Shown here one piece after another: positions 24,428 through 33,600 of a stretch of 64,000 nt of DNA. Position numbers and translations under genes: made by a program. A model generated the notes under the pieces. That model was not told where the DNA came from. It saw only the letters and a program-made list of their open reading frames with translations, and made no database searches. This DNA is from a bacterium (lineage in GTDB: Bacteria; Vulcanimicrobiota; JAZDOK01). The number at the start of each line of letters is the position of its first letter. Positions within the stretch are counted from its first letter, which is position 1. Location of the stretch: the NCBI GenBank assembly GCA_043798715.1, contig JAZDOK010000100.1, positions 197,645-261,644 on the forward strand. The letters are read 5' to 3'.

Positions 24428-26308
24428 TTGAAGGAGGTCGCTTTCTTGGCCGTCAAACGGATAAAATTCGTTTTCCCGCTGCTCCTGCTAACTCTTCTAA
24501 TTGGTTTGTTTGTTTTCCTGCATCATCCTCCTCTCGGGGCTCAGAACCAGGTCCAGCCGGTTCCCGCGCCGCAGGGAAGTGTTCCCGCCCAGGCTAAGCC
24601 GGCCGCTCCGGCGCCGGTCCAACCAAAGAATCCGCCTCAGCCGCCGCCTGCTCTTCCGGGCCAGTCGGCTCCCCCGGCCCTTTCTCCCTCTCCGGCCAAA
24701 AGTCCCGGCGCCGGAGCGGTCAAGGCAGGCCCCACTCCAAAGATCAATTACGCTCCGGACATCATGAAAGAGTTTATGCTCATGGGGGCCAAGACCTTAA
24801 GTTACAAGGCTAATCTTATCATCAATGCCCCGGACGCCTCTTTTTTATCCTCGATTATTCCCGAGAGCCGTTTCAGCGAGGTCCAGTTTCCCGTCACCGG
24901 GGAAGTCTCCTATAAAGGAGAGCGATTCAGTATCACTCTTCTCCTGGCCAAGGGCCAGAAGGTCGTCGTCACCAGCAATGACGGAACAAACCTGAACGTG
25001 GTTCATGTAGATCCGACGACCAAGACGGAGTCCTCAAGTCAGGTCTACCGGACCCCGCTTTCCGCTGTTCTTCCCTTCGTTCTTCGTCTCGCGGGCGCCG
25101 GAGAGACCTACAATCTCGGCCCTGCAGATAAGGCGGACGGCGCCCCCTGCAACATAATCCTGGCCAAGAGCGCCCAGCGAGGGGATTACCGCCTATGGAT
25201 GGATATCGACCGCAAGGTGCTTCGAAAGATGGAATACGTGAGTTCCAGCACCTTCAGGAAACTCACCGCAAAATACAGGGGGATCTCTTCCGAGGAGAAC
25301 AAGGGATGGTTTTATTCCGGCGTGTCTGTCGAGGGCGAGGACGGGAAGGTCATATATGATAGTGAAATCAGCGGACTTCAGTGGAATCCGGAAGCAGTCT
25401 CCGCGACGGGGGCTGTTTCAGAAAGCCAGGCTTCCGGCGGACGCCGTGTAAAAAAGCCGACTGGGCCTGTCCTGCCGCCACCACCTCCTCCTCCGCCCCG
25501 CGGAGCTGTTATTCTTCTTAAGCTCTTCATCTTTGTGATTGTCTGCGGCCTGGCTGTGCAGGGATACTTATTGTGGAAACAGCGAAGAGGTTCCAAACTC
25601 TCCGTTTCACCTCCCCGCTCCTCTTCCTCTTCGCCGGGCACCACGTCCTTTTTTGCGAAGGAGATCATGGTGGTGGAGCAGCCGGATTCAGCTTCCGTCA
25701 GCAGGGCACTCTCCAGCCTGGGCCAGGCGGCCGAGCATTATAACTCCGATGATTTTTCCCGGAACCTGGAATCAATCCGGACCGGTTCCGGTCAGGTGAT
25801 TGACGCCAAGGGGGTCCTGTACAAGCCGCGCATCATCGTTGTCGGCCCCAATGCCTTCCCGCTGCTCAAGAGCCAGTTGACCCGCCTTCAGCTCTACATC
25901 AAGGAGGGGGGCAAGGTCATACTGCTCAACCACTCGCCCCAGGTGGCGGAGCAAATGCCCTTCAAAGTCAAGTTCTACACCTTCAGCACCTGGGAGAAAA
26001 ATCTCAGCTATACATCCCGGATAAATATCTGGCGCTCTCTCTCCGAGAAGGAAGTGGAGAGCGGAAGTTCCTTCATCACCCCGGCCTGCGTCTATCTTTC
26101 GGTTGACGGGAAAAAGGTGACGCAGGAGATTGTGTCCGTACGTCACGGCTCCACACAGGTAGAGGGGACTGTCGTCGGCATTATCCCGGAGGGCAAGGGC
26201 GAGTGGATCCTGTGTCAGTACCGCCTGATCGAGGCAATGGAGAAGGGAGTAGGAGCCGCTGTCGCCAGGAACATCCTGAGGGATATTCTCGACTATGCCC
26301 GGATGTAG
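24428..26308 (+). CDS. Hypothetical bitopic membrane protein with Pro-rich linkers (626 aa)
   Basis: It has an N-terminal signal-anchor, a PAPQ/PPQPPP-rich segment, an extracytoplasmic beta-rich domain, PPPPPPPP, a second TM, and a ~240-aa C-terminal domain of unknown function. Confidence 0.5.
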   Translation: MKEVAFLAVKRIKFVFPLLLLTLLIGLFVFLHHPPLGAQNQVQPVPAPQGSVPAQAKPAAPAPVQPKNPPQPPPALPGQSAPPALSPSPAKSPGAGAVKAGPTPKINYAPDIMKEFMLMGAKTLSYKANLIINAPDASFLSSIIPESRFSEVQFPVTGEVSYKGERFSITLLLAKGQKVVVTSNDGTNLNVVHVDPTTKTESSSQVYRTPLSAVLPFVLRLAGAGETYNLGPADKADGAPCNIILAKSAQRGDYRLWMDIDRKVLRKMEYVSSSTFRKLTAKYRGISSEENKGWFYSGVSVEGEDGKVIYDSEISGLQWNPEAVSATGAVSESQASGGRRVKKPTGPVLPPPPPPPPRGAVILLKLFIFVIVCGLAVQGYLLWKQRRGSKLSVSPPRSSSSSPGTTSFFAKEIMVVEQPDSASVSRALSSLGQAAEHYNSDDFSRNLESIRTGSGQVIDAKGVLYKPRIIVVGPNAFPLLKSQLTRLQLYIKEGGKVILLNHSPQVAEQMPFKVKFYTFSTWEKNLSYTSRINIWRSLSEKEVESGSSFITPACVYLSVDGKKVTQEIVSVRHGSTQVEGTVVGIIPEGKGEWILCQYRLIEAMEKGVGAAVARNILRDILDYARM

Positions 26309-28070
26309 GCCGGGAAGGGCCAAAATCCAGGTTTTAGTTCTGTTTGTTGTTTTATTCGCTGCCCTCTTCGCTGTCCGCCTCCGCCCGGAGCAGAAGGAGG
26401 CAAATCCCTTATTCATCCTGGACGATCCGGCCCGATATTTTCTCGCCGAGAGGATCTCTCTGAAAAACACGGGAACTTCGCCTCTTTTGCTTGAGGCGAG
26501 CCTCTTCCTTCCTCCCGTCAGGACGCCATCTCAGGAGGCGGGCGTTACCGGCTTTTTTCCGCCACCTTCCCGCATCCTTCAGGATGAATGGGGAAACAGG
26601 GTAGCCGTCTGCTCCCTGCGCATCCCTCCGGGTGAAAGAAGGGAAATTGGGGCGAATCTTTCCATCCGCACCTGGCGTCAGTGTCTCCGTCTCAGCTCGC
26701 CCCGGGAACTCCGGATGATGAAACTTCAGGCTTTGCCGGATTCTGAAAAAAAATATCTGGGCGCTTTCCCCGGAATAGAGTCGGAGGCACCCGAGATTCG
26801 AAAAGCGGCCGCCGCCGCAACGGCGGTGGAAGAGGAGCCGACGCTTCAGGCGCTCCTTCTTTATGGATACATAGTGAAGAACTTTCGCTTCAATCTTCAC
26901 CTTGCGCCCAAGACCGCTCTTTCAGCCTTAAGGAGCGGGGTGGTTCAGTGCGCCGATGCGGCCCTTCTTTATGCGGCCCTCTGCCGTTCGAAGAAAATTC
27001 CGGCCCGGTATGTCGGCGGAATCCTCTACGAAAAAGACGAAAAGCGCCTGAGGCAGACGCACGCCTGGAACATGGTCTGGACGACGGCGGGCGGCTGGTT
27101 TCCCGTTGATCCCACTACCGGGCGCCTCGACCGGAAGAATTATTTTCACTCCTTTGCCGAGCTCTCCAACCGATACATCCAGCTCTGGAGTACCTGGCTC
27201 GTCCCCCTTCGCCTCAATCTGGCCAGGGGGCAAGACCAAAAAAATATCAGGGTCTCGGCGAATTTTTCCATCACAAAGCTCACCGCAGCAGCAGAGTCCC
27301 GGGCGGCTCTGTCTTCCGACGCGGAGGCCCGGAATCTGGCACGACTTCTGCCGGCTTCGGGACACCCTCCCACATCCGTGCGCGCTCAGAAAGTTTTTGA
27401 TTCCGTCCGCGTAAGGGTTCTGGAGGCCCGAAAGCTTAAGAAACTGGAAGCAATCGTTCCCATCCTGGAGAATCAATATAAAAACAATCCGGACCCTCTC
27501 AATACTTATGCCCTGGCCCTGGCCCGCATCCTTCTTAACCAGTATTCCCGCGGAGCCGCTCTCATTCAGGAACTCCTCGACAGGGGCCTGGATGCTCCTC
27601 CTGTCTTAAACACCCTGGGAAGCCTTTACCTGGAGACGAAGGCCTGGGGGGAAGCTGAAAAAGTCCTCATCTGTGCTCTTCAAAAGGATCCCTCCCGGAA
27701 CCATACCTGGAAGAACCTGATTGATCTTTACATGCTTGAAGAATCGTGGGCGAAGCTGGAAGCGGCCGCCGGCCGGGCCTCGCAGTATTTCCCCCGGGAG
27801 GCTTTTTTCCCCGGAACGGAGGGCTATGCCATGATCCGCCTGGGGAATTGGCCCCAGGCGCGTGAAGCGCTCAAAAGGGCCGTAGAGCTCGATCCGAAGA
27901 TGGGCTGGTATCACGCACTTTTAGGCTGGGCGCTTCTTAAGAGCGGCAATCAAACTGGCGGGCGGACGGAAATCATGATTGGACTCAGGTTGAAAACCGG
28001 TATTTCCCATCCGAAATTTTATCAGAAGATGCTTTTAGAAATGGATAAAACCCGCCCGTCCGTCCGGTGA
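26295..28070 (+). CDS. Transglutaminase-like cysteine protease domain + TPR repeat protein
   Basis: Core triad context: GVVQCADAALLYAALCRSKKIPARYVGG, THAWNMVW and WFPVDPT. There are C-terminal TPR-like repeats. It overlaps the upstream gene by 14 nt. Confidence 0.7.
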   Translation: MPGCRPGRAKIQVLVLFVVLFAALFAVRLRPEQKEANPLFILDDPARYFLAERISLKNTGTSPLLLEASLFLPPVRTPSQEAGVTGFFPPPSRILQDEWGNRVAVCSLRIPPGERREIGANLSIRTWRQCLRLSSPRELRMMKLQALPDSEKKYLGAFPGIESEAPEIRKAAAAATAVEEEPTLQALLLYGYIVKNFRFNLHLAPKTALSALRSGVVQCADAALLYAALCRSKKIPARYVGGILYEKDEKRLRQTHAWNMVWTTAGGWFPVDPTTGRLDRKNYFHSFAELSNRYIQLWSTWLVPLRLNLARGQDQKNIRVSANFSITKLTAAAESRAALSSDAEARNLARLLPASGHPPTSVRAQKVFDSVRVRVLEARKLKKLEAIVPILENQYKNNPDPLNTYALALARILLNQYSRGAALIQELLDRGLDAPPVLNTLGSLYLETKAWGEAEKVLICALQKDPSRNHTWKNLIDLYMLEESWAKLEAAAGRASQYFPREAFFPGTEGYAMIRLGNWPQAREALKRAVELDPKMGWYHALLGWALLKSGNQTGGRTEIMIGLRLKTGISHPKFYQKMLLEMDKTRPSVR

Positions 28071-28247
28071 GAGACGATTTTAAGGCCTTACCAGAATGTT
28101 CAGAGACGACAAAACACTAAAGCAGCTGTGATATATAAAATCAAATAAAAGTTAAGCAATTTTCGACAATTAGCAGGAGAGGCGGAGGGAGAGGCGAAGG
28201 TAGTATTGGTGGATTTTCGGGTTTTTCACTTCTTCTGGAGGTGCCGC

Positions 28248-28802
28248 ATGCTGAGACGAAGTATGTCCACGCTTTCCCTGCTTCTGACTTTAGGTTTTCT
28301 CATTGTTCTTTTTTCCGGCTGCGGAGGGGAAGCGGCAAAACAGACGCCACAATCCTCCTCCAGCCCCGGCCCGATCGGAAATCAGGTTGGAGATACGGCT
28401 CCCGATTTCAGCCTGAAAGATACCAACGGAAATACCATCTCGCTCTCTTCCCTGCGAGGGAAGGTGGTCTTTCTCAATATGTGGGATTCTTTCTGCGCGG
28501 CGTGCCAATATGAGATGCCGCAGTTACAGACAATAAATAACACGTATGGCGGTCAGGCTTTTAAGCTTCTTGCCATTAATCTTTCTGACGATCTGAGTAC
28601 CATCCAGAATTATTTTTCTTTAAACAACTTCACTTTTACTACGCTCATCGGTCAGGGAACCGATATTTATTCCAAGTTCGGTATTGGATATGTTCCAACA
28701 AACTTCATTCTCGATAAGATCGGTGTCATCCGCTTACGAGAGGACGGAAGCAGCGGCGTGTCTTCCTGGAGCGCCATTATCAACCAGCTTCTTTCACAAT
28801 AA
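28248..28802 (+). CDS. TlpA/redoxin-family thiol:disulfide oxidoreductase lipoprotein
   Basis: Lipoprotein signal LFSGC and a thioredoxin-fold CxxC (WDSFCAACQ). I place the start at 28248 (MLRRSMS), preceded by a GGAGGTG RBS. Confidence 0.7.
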   Translation: MLRRSMSTLSLLLTLGFLIVLFSGCGGEAAKQTPQSSSSPGPIGNQVGDTAPDFSLKDTNGNTISLSSLRGKVVFLNMWDSFCAACQYEMPQLQTINNTYGGQAFKLLAINLSDDLSTIQNYFSLNNFTFTTLIGQGTDIYSKFGIGYVPTNFILDKIGVIRLREDGSSGVSSWSAIINQLLSQ

Positions 28803-28844
28803 TGGCAAAGAGATTATTTGATAGAGCCTGTCTTGTTGTTATTT

Positions 28845-28872
28845 TCAGGGGCGGGTTTGAAACCCGCCCCTG
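28845..28872. terminator. GC-rich hairpin between convergent genes
   Basis: caggggcgggtttgaaacccgcccctg has a perfect 10-13 bp stem and sits between the convergent tlpA-like (+) and DJ-1 (-) genes. Confidence 0.5.
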
Positions 28873-28903
28873 CTACGGAAATTCATCGCGAACGGGCCGA
28901 ATC

Positions 28904-29440
28904 TCAGGCTGCGGGGGGCGGTTTTAAGGCCTTTGCCAGCGCCAGGCCGTACTGATCGGCCATGGCCGCCTCCTTGGCGGTGAGGATGTTTCCGTCCTGA
29001 TGGACGGAGGCGGCTATGTATTCGCCCCCGTTATCTTTGATGTCCTTTGATTCATAGAAGAGCCCCGTAGCCTTTTTGCCCTTTAGTATCCCGGAGCGGG
29101 CCAGGAGCATGGGAGTGTTGGCGATGGCCGCAATAAGGAGGCCCAGACGGTGCGCCTCCCGGATAAATTCCTGGACCGGCTCGAATTCCCAGTAATCCCG
29201 ATAGCCGATGCCCGAGGCCAGGACGAGGGCGTCATAGTCTGAAATTTTGATCTCCTCCAGAGTGATATTTGGAATAACCTGGCCCCGGTTGAGACCGAAG
29301 ATGGGAGTTTTCTTGGGGGCGGCCACGGTCACGGCGTGGCCGTTGCGCTCCAGGATGGCTTTTGTCTTCTGGTATACCGCGTCATCAAAGCGTGCGGCCG
29401 GTAAGAGAAGCAACACTTTACTGCCATTATTTTTCGTCAA
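28904..29440 (-). CDS. DJ-1/PfpI family protein
   Basis: 178 aa with a class-I glutamine-amidotransferase-like fold. The nucleophile-elbow position reads AAIANTP, so it has no Cys. Confidence 0.65.
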   Translation of the reverse strand: MTKNNGSKVLLLLPAARFDDAVYQKTKAILERNGHAVTVAAPKKTPIFGLNRGQVIPNITLEEIKISDYDALVLASGIGYRDYWEFEPVQEFIREAHRLGLLIAAIANTPMLLARSGILKGKKATGLFYESKDIKDNGGEYIAASVHQDGNILTAKEAAMADQYGLALAKALKPPPAA

Positions 29441-29456
29441 AGTCAGGCCTCCTATT

Positions 29457-30809
29457 TCAAGCTTTCAGGGCCTTTTCGATCGCCCGGCTCAGGATGTCCA
29501 GCCCTAAATCCACTTCCTCCTTCGTTATTATGAAGGCCGGAGTGATGCGGATGGTGGACTCCCCGCAGGGAATCATGAGGAGGCCCATCTGGTAGCATTC
29601 CTCGATAATCCGGTTGCGCAAATCCGCTGCGGGTTCCCGCGAATTCTTGTCCTTCACGAACTCCACCCCGATAAGCACTCCCAGGGTCCGCACGTCCCCG
29701 ATGCACTCGTACTTATCCTTCATCTCCAGGAGCCTGTTCCGGAAATGCTCCCCGATCTTGCGGACGTTTTCCAGAAGCTTCTGCTCCCGGATTATTTTCA
29801 GTGTGGCCAGAGAGGAAGCGCAGGAGAGAAGCTGGCCGCCGAAAGTATTGCTGTGCATCCCCTGCCGCGGGAAATCGTATTCGGCCGGGAAAATGGTCGC
29901 CCCCATGGGCGCTCCGTTAGCCAGGCCCTTGGCCATGGCGATGATGTGCGGAATGATGCCGAAATGTTCCGAGGCAAACCAATAGCCTGATTTGCCGAAG
30001 CAGTTCTGCACTTCGTCGGCGATGAGGAGAATGCCGTATTTCTCTGAGATCTCCCGGACAACCTGGTAAAATTCCTTCGGAGGAACGACGTAGCCTCCCT
30101 CGCCCTGCATCGGCTCAAAGATGATTCCGGCCACGTTCTCCGGGGGAACCTGGGTCTTGAAGTAGCGCTCCATGATCCTGGCGCAGTGAAGGTCGCAGGA
30201 GGGATATTCCATCTTGTACCAGCAGCGGTAGCAGTAGGCATAGGGAAGGCCGTAGGTGTTGCCCAGGGCGAAGGTGTAGTCGCGGCGGTGCACCGATTTG
30301 GAGGCGGTCGTCGCAAGAGAGCCGGCGGTGCGCCCGTGGAAGTCCCCCAGCCAGTGAATGATGATATTTTTTCCGGTGCCGACGCGGGCCACTTTGAGAG
30401 CGGCCTCAACAGCCTCGGTGCCGCTTGAGGAGAAGAAGACCTTTTTAGGGAAATCGCCCGGGGCCAGCTTCGTCAATTCTTCCGCAAGTTCCGCCTGGAG
30501 TGGATTGGGGAAGTCGGGGCTGTTGAAATAGAAGAGCTTCTGGAGCTGCTGCGTCGTCGCTTCGAGCCACTTCGGGTGGGAGTGGCCCAGAACGGCCACC
30601 ATCCCGTTCGTCCAGTCCATCAGGGTGTTCCCGTCCACGTCTTTAAACCAGACCCCTTTTCCCTCGGCGGGAACCGCCGGAGTTTCCCAGCACTTGGTGC
30701 CGGTGGCCAGGAATTTCTTCTCCTTTTCGATGATCTTTGCCGCCTCGGGACCCGGGAGCGGGGTCTTTATTTCAATTTGTGGTTTTACGGCCGACTCAAC
30801 ATGAATCAT
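29457..30809 (-). CDS. Class-III PLP-dependent aminotransferase (GabT-like)
   Basis: 450 aa. A PLP-lysine is expected in IIAMAKGLANG, and the protein resembles 4-aminobutyrate/omega-aminotransferases. Confidence 0.8.
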   Translation of the reverse strand: MIHVESAVKPQIEIKTPLPGPEAAKIIEKEKKFLATGTKCWETPAVPAEGKGVWFKDVDGNTLMDWTNGMVAVLGHSHPKWLEATTQQLQKLFYFNSPDFPNPLQAELAEELTKLAPGDFPKKVFFSSSGTEAVEAALKVARVGTGKNIIIHWLGDFHGRTAGSLATTASKSVHRRDYTFALGNTYGLPYAYCYRCWYKMEYPSCDLHCARIMERYFKTQVPPENVAGIIFEPMQGEGGYVVPPKEFYQVVREISEKYGILLIADEVQNCFGKSGYWFASEHFGIIPHIIAMAKGLANGAPMGATIFPAEYDFPRQGMHSNTFGGQLLSCASSLATLKIIREQKLLENVRKIGEHFRNRLLEMKDKYECIGDVRTLGVLIGVEFVKDKNSREPAADLRNRIIEECYQMGLLMIPCGESTIRITPAFIITKEEVDLGLDILSRAIEKALKA

Positions 30810-30873
30810 GCGTCACGTCCTTTCTGTGAATTCCATCTCTAATCTGAAGGGCCGATGGAACACTCTTCTAATT

Positions 30874-31821
30874 CTAAAGAAGGGGAATGCATTCCTGCTC
30901 CGGCTGAGAGGCCAGGATTTTCCGCGCGGACAGAACGTCCCGCCCAATCTGAAGGGAGAGTTCCTCCGGGTCCTTGAATTTCTTCTGGGAACGAATTTTC
31001 TCCATGAAAAACAGAGCGAGTTCCTCTCCGTAGATATCGCCCGTAAAATCGAGCAGGTGCGCCTCAAGGGTTGAAGACGTCCCTCTGAAAGTAGGGTGAC
31101 TTCCGATGCTCACCGCCGCAGGAAACCTTGATGAGCGGAGGGCGGCCCAGGCCGCATAGACTCCCTCGGAGGGGCTGACCTTCTCATCCGGAAAAGCAAG
31201 ATTTGCGGTAGGGAAGCCGAGTGTCCGCCCCCGTCCGTCGCCTTTTATGACCGGCCCGCGGATGGAGAAGGGGCGGCCCATGAGGCTCAGGGCCGTTTTG
31301 ACTTCGCCTGCCGCAATTAATTTCCGAATGGAAGTGCTGCTGATCCTGTGCTTTCCGAAGAAGATCGGCTCCACGGCGAAGACCTTGAAACTCAGGTCCA
31401 GCCCGAGGGCGGCCAGCATCCGGATGTCGCCGGCAGCCGCCGCGCCGAAGCGGTAATCCAGGCCCGCCGCGACCGCAACAGTTCTCAGTTTTCCCGATAA
31501 AATTTCCTCTGCGAACTCGCGGGGAGTCAGGCCGGCGAAGGCCCCGTCGAAATCGGTCCAGACTACCTGGTCCACCCCTGTAGAACAAAGAAGCTCCAGT
31601 CTCTCTTCGAAGGTATTGATGAGGGCCGGGGGGGATTTCTTAAGGAGACTCATGGGATGGTTCTTCATGGTGAAGGCAAGACTTGAAAAGCCGTAGTCCC
31701 GGGCGATCTGTACGGCTTTGCCGATCACGGCCTGGTGGCCCAGATGGACCCCGTCAAAAAAACCGAGGGCCACCGCAGAAGATTTATGACTCTTAAATTC
31801 CCTGAGATTAAGGATGTTCAT
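30874..31821 (-). CDS. ribF: Bifunctional riboflavin kinase / FMN adenylyltransferase
   Basis: GFFDGVHLGHQ motif. The track ORF extends to 31878; I trimmed the start to MNILNL to reduce the overlap with the upstream gene. Confidence 0.8.
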   Translation of the reverse strand: MNILNLREFKSHKSSAVALGFFDGVHLGHQAVIGKAVQIARDYGFSSLAFTMKNHPMSLLKKSPPALINTFEERLELLCSTGVDQVVWTDFDGAFAGLTPREFAEEILSGKLRTVAVAAGLDYRFGAAAAGDIRMLAALGLDLSFKVFAVEPIFFGKHRISSTSIRKLIAAGEVKTALSLMGRPFSIRGPVIKGDGRGRTLGFPTANLAFPDEKVSPSEGVYAAWAALRSSRFPAAVSIGSHPTFRGTSSTLEAHLLDFTGDIYGEELALFFMEKIRSQKKFKDPEELSLQIGRDVLSARKILASQPEQECIPLL

Positions 31822-32785
31822 GGGTTGGAGCGGGTATTTTAGGCGCCAGGTCGTCATCAGTTCTTCTATCCACCACAAAGGAGCTCTCCCGGCGTGTTTT
31901 GGCGAAGTTTTTCAATTCCGCCGCGATCTCGGAAACCTGGAGCGGATTCAAGAAAGTGCGTTTTTCATTCGTCGCTACGCCTATGGCCAGGGTCATGAAG
32001 GGATAAATCTGTTTTTCCCCTTTACGGTTGATCAACTCCAGATGTCCCTTTTCCCGCTCTTCAGGATCGTAAAATCCTGGGATCAGCTCGTCAAACCAGG
32101 TGATAATCCTGGAACAGAGGCGTTCAATAAGGCTGGGGTGGGTGATGAAGATGAAGTCGTCTCCCCCGATGTGCCCTACGAAATCATCGACGTTTCCTCC
32201 CTCTTCCACTGCCTGGATTATGAGGCGCGCCAGCATCTTTATGATTTCATCGCCGCGCTCGAAGCCGTGCCGGTCGTTAAAAGACTTGAAATTGCTGAGG
32301 TCGGCATAGCAGACGCAGAAGGTTTCCTCGCGCTTAATCCTCTTGGAGATTTCATGCTGGATGGAAAGGTTCCCGGGCAGACCGGTCAGGGGATTGGAGG
32401 AACGGCTCTGGTGGATCCTCCGCAGGAGGCTCTGAAGGCGGGCTTCCACCTCAATTATGTCGAAAGGCTTGATGATGAAATCGTCGGCCCCGACCCTCAT
32501 GGCGTCCAGCTTGGAGGTTTTGCTGGAGTCGGCCGTAAGGATCACGATGGGGATGAGATAGGTCGTCCGGTCATCCCGGAGTTTTCTGCAGACGTCAATA
32601 CCGCTCATTCCGGGCATGAAAATATCGAGGAGGATGACGTCGGGAACGTCTTTCCTGGCCTTTTCATAGGCCTCGTCGCCATTCCTGGCGGTGATCACCT
32701 CATAGCCGGATTCCTTCATAAAGACGCTTATGATGCTCAGAATGGCGGCATCGTCGTCCGCGACGAGAAGTTTCAATTTCGGCAT
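31808..32785 (-). CDS. Response regulator receiver + GGDEF domain protein (variant GGDDF motif)
   Basis: REC domain (LLVADDD ... DVILLD), then a GGDEF-family domain with the active-site pentapeptide reading GGDDF. Confidence 0.75.
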   Translation of the reverse strand: MPKLKLLVADDDAAILSIISVFMKESGYEVITARNGDEAYEKARKDVPDVILLDIFMPGMSGIDVCRKLRDDRTTYLIPIVILTADSSKTSKLDAMRVGADDFIIKPFDIIEVEARLQSLLRRIHQSRSSNPLTGLPGNLSIQHEISKRIKREETFCVCYADLSNFKSFNDRHGFERGDEIIKMLARLIIQAVEEGGNVDDFVGHIGGDDFIFITHPSLIERLCSRIITWFDELIPGFYDPEEREKGHLELINRKGEKQIYPFMTLAIGVATNEKRTFLNPLQVSEIAAELKNFAKTRRESSFVVDRRTDDDLAPKIPAPTHEHP

Positions 32786-32823
32786 GAATACCCACCCATC
32801 TTAATAAGTAAAGTGCTCCGGGA

Positions 32824-33600
32824 TTACCTGGAGACAATCCTTGGCTTAAATCCTTTTTCCTCCAACTTCCGGGCTTCTTCCTCGGCGGATGACCGGCTTG
32901 TATATTCTCCCAGCTCGACCCGGCTGTATGTCTGATTTTCCACTTCAACTTTTTTAACCACGGGGTTGTAACCCAGGTCCCGGAGTTGCTGGATGAGTTT
33001 ATTTAAGTTTTCCTCTTCCATGAAGGAGCCCAGGTGAAGGGTAAAACTTCCAGTGGGAGATTCCGGTTTAGGGGAGGCCGTGGCCGGCAGTGCCGGGGAA
33101 GGGGTTGGACGGACAGCTTTGGTTGGAGCCGGTGTCGGTGCGGTTGTTGGCGTGGGCCTGGGTTTGGAGGTCGGCTTGGGAGAGGCTGAAGGCCTGGGGG
33201 TCGGCGAGGGAGATACTGAAGGTTTTGGGGTCGGCGAGGGAGATGGTTTGGCGGAGGCTTTTGGGCTGGGGGAAGGCGATGCGGTGGGTTTTACGCTCGG
33301 GCTGGGTGAGGAGGATGGGGAAACCGTGGGCGAGGAGGAGGGGCTCGGGGATGGCGTTTCCAGCAAGAGCTCCGCGGTGGCGGTCGGCGAAGCGGTGGCC
33401 TCGACGGGAACTTCGATTGGTTCCGGCACCGCTTTCCCGACCAGCCCTTTACCTACCAGGTAGCGTCCGAGCCAGTTTCCGGCAAAAACCGAGACTAATA
33501 TCACCAGAAGTCCAATCAGGGAAATTTTCACCCAGAAGAGATCCGTCTCTTCCTTTGAATGCTTGAGGGGTTTGCGTTGCTGTGTCATGTTAAATCTCAA
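32824..33600 (-). CDS. SPOR-domain protein with Pro/Ser/Thr-rich linker
   Basis: It has an N-terminal TM, a long PSPSP/PTPKP low-complexity region and a C-terminal SPOR domain. Confidence 0.7.
   Translation of the reverse strand: MRFNMTQQRKPLKHSKEETDLFWVKISLIGLLVILVSVFAGNWLGRYLVGKGLVGKAVPEPIEVPVEATASPTATAELLLETPSPSPSSSPTVSPSSSPSPSVKPTASPSPSPKASAKPSPSPTPKPSVSPSPTPRPSASPKPTSKPRPTPTTAPTPAPTKAVRPTPSPALPATASPKPESPTGSFTLHLGSFMEEENLNKLIQQLRDLGYNPVVKKVEVENQTYSRVELGEYTSRSSAEEEARKLEEKGFKPRIVSR
33090..33370. repeat. Imperfect ~30-nt tandem repeats encoding the PS-rich linker
   Basis: Reiterated gggtcggcgagggagat... units are visible on the + strand. They lie inside the SPOR gene's coding sequence. Confidence 0.5.

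Noticed and set aside
25440-25500. CCNCCN poly-proline-coding run that looks like a simple-sequence repeat
   Set aside because: It is in frame within the 626-aa protein and encodes the PPPPPPPP linker. It is not an intergenic microsatellite.
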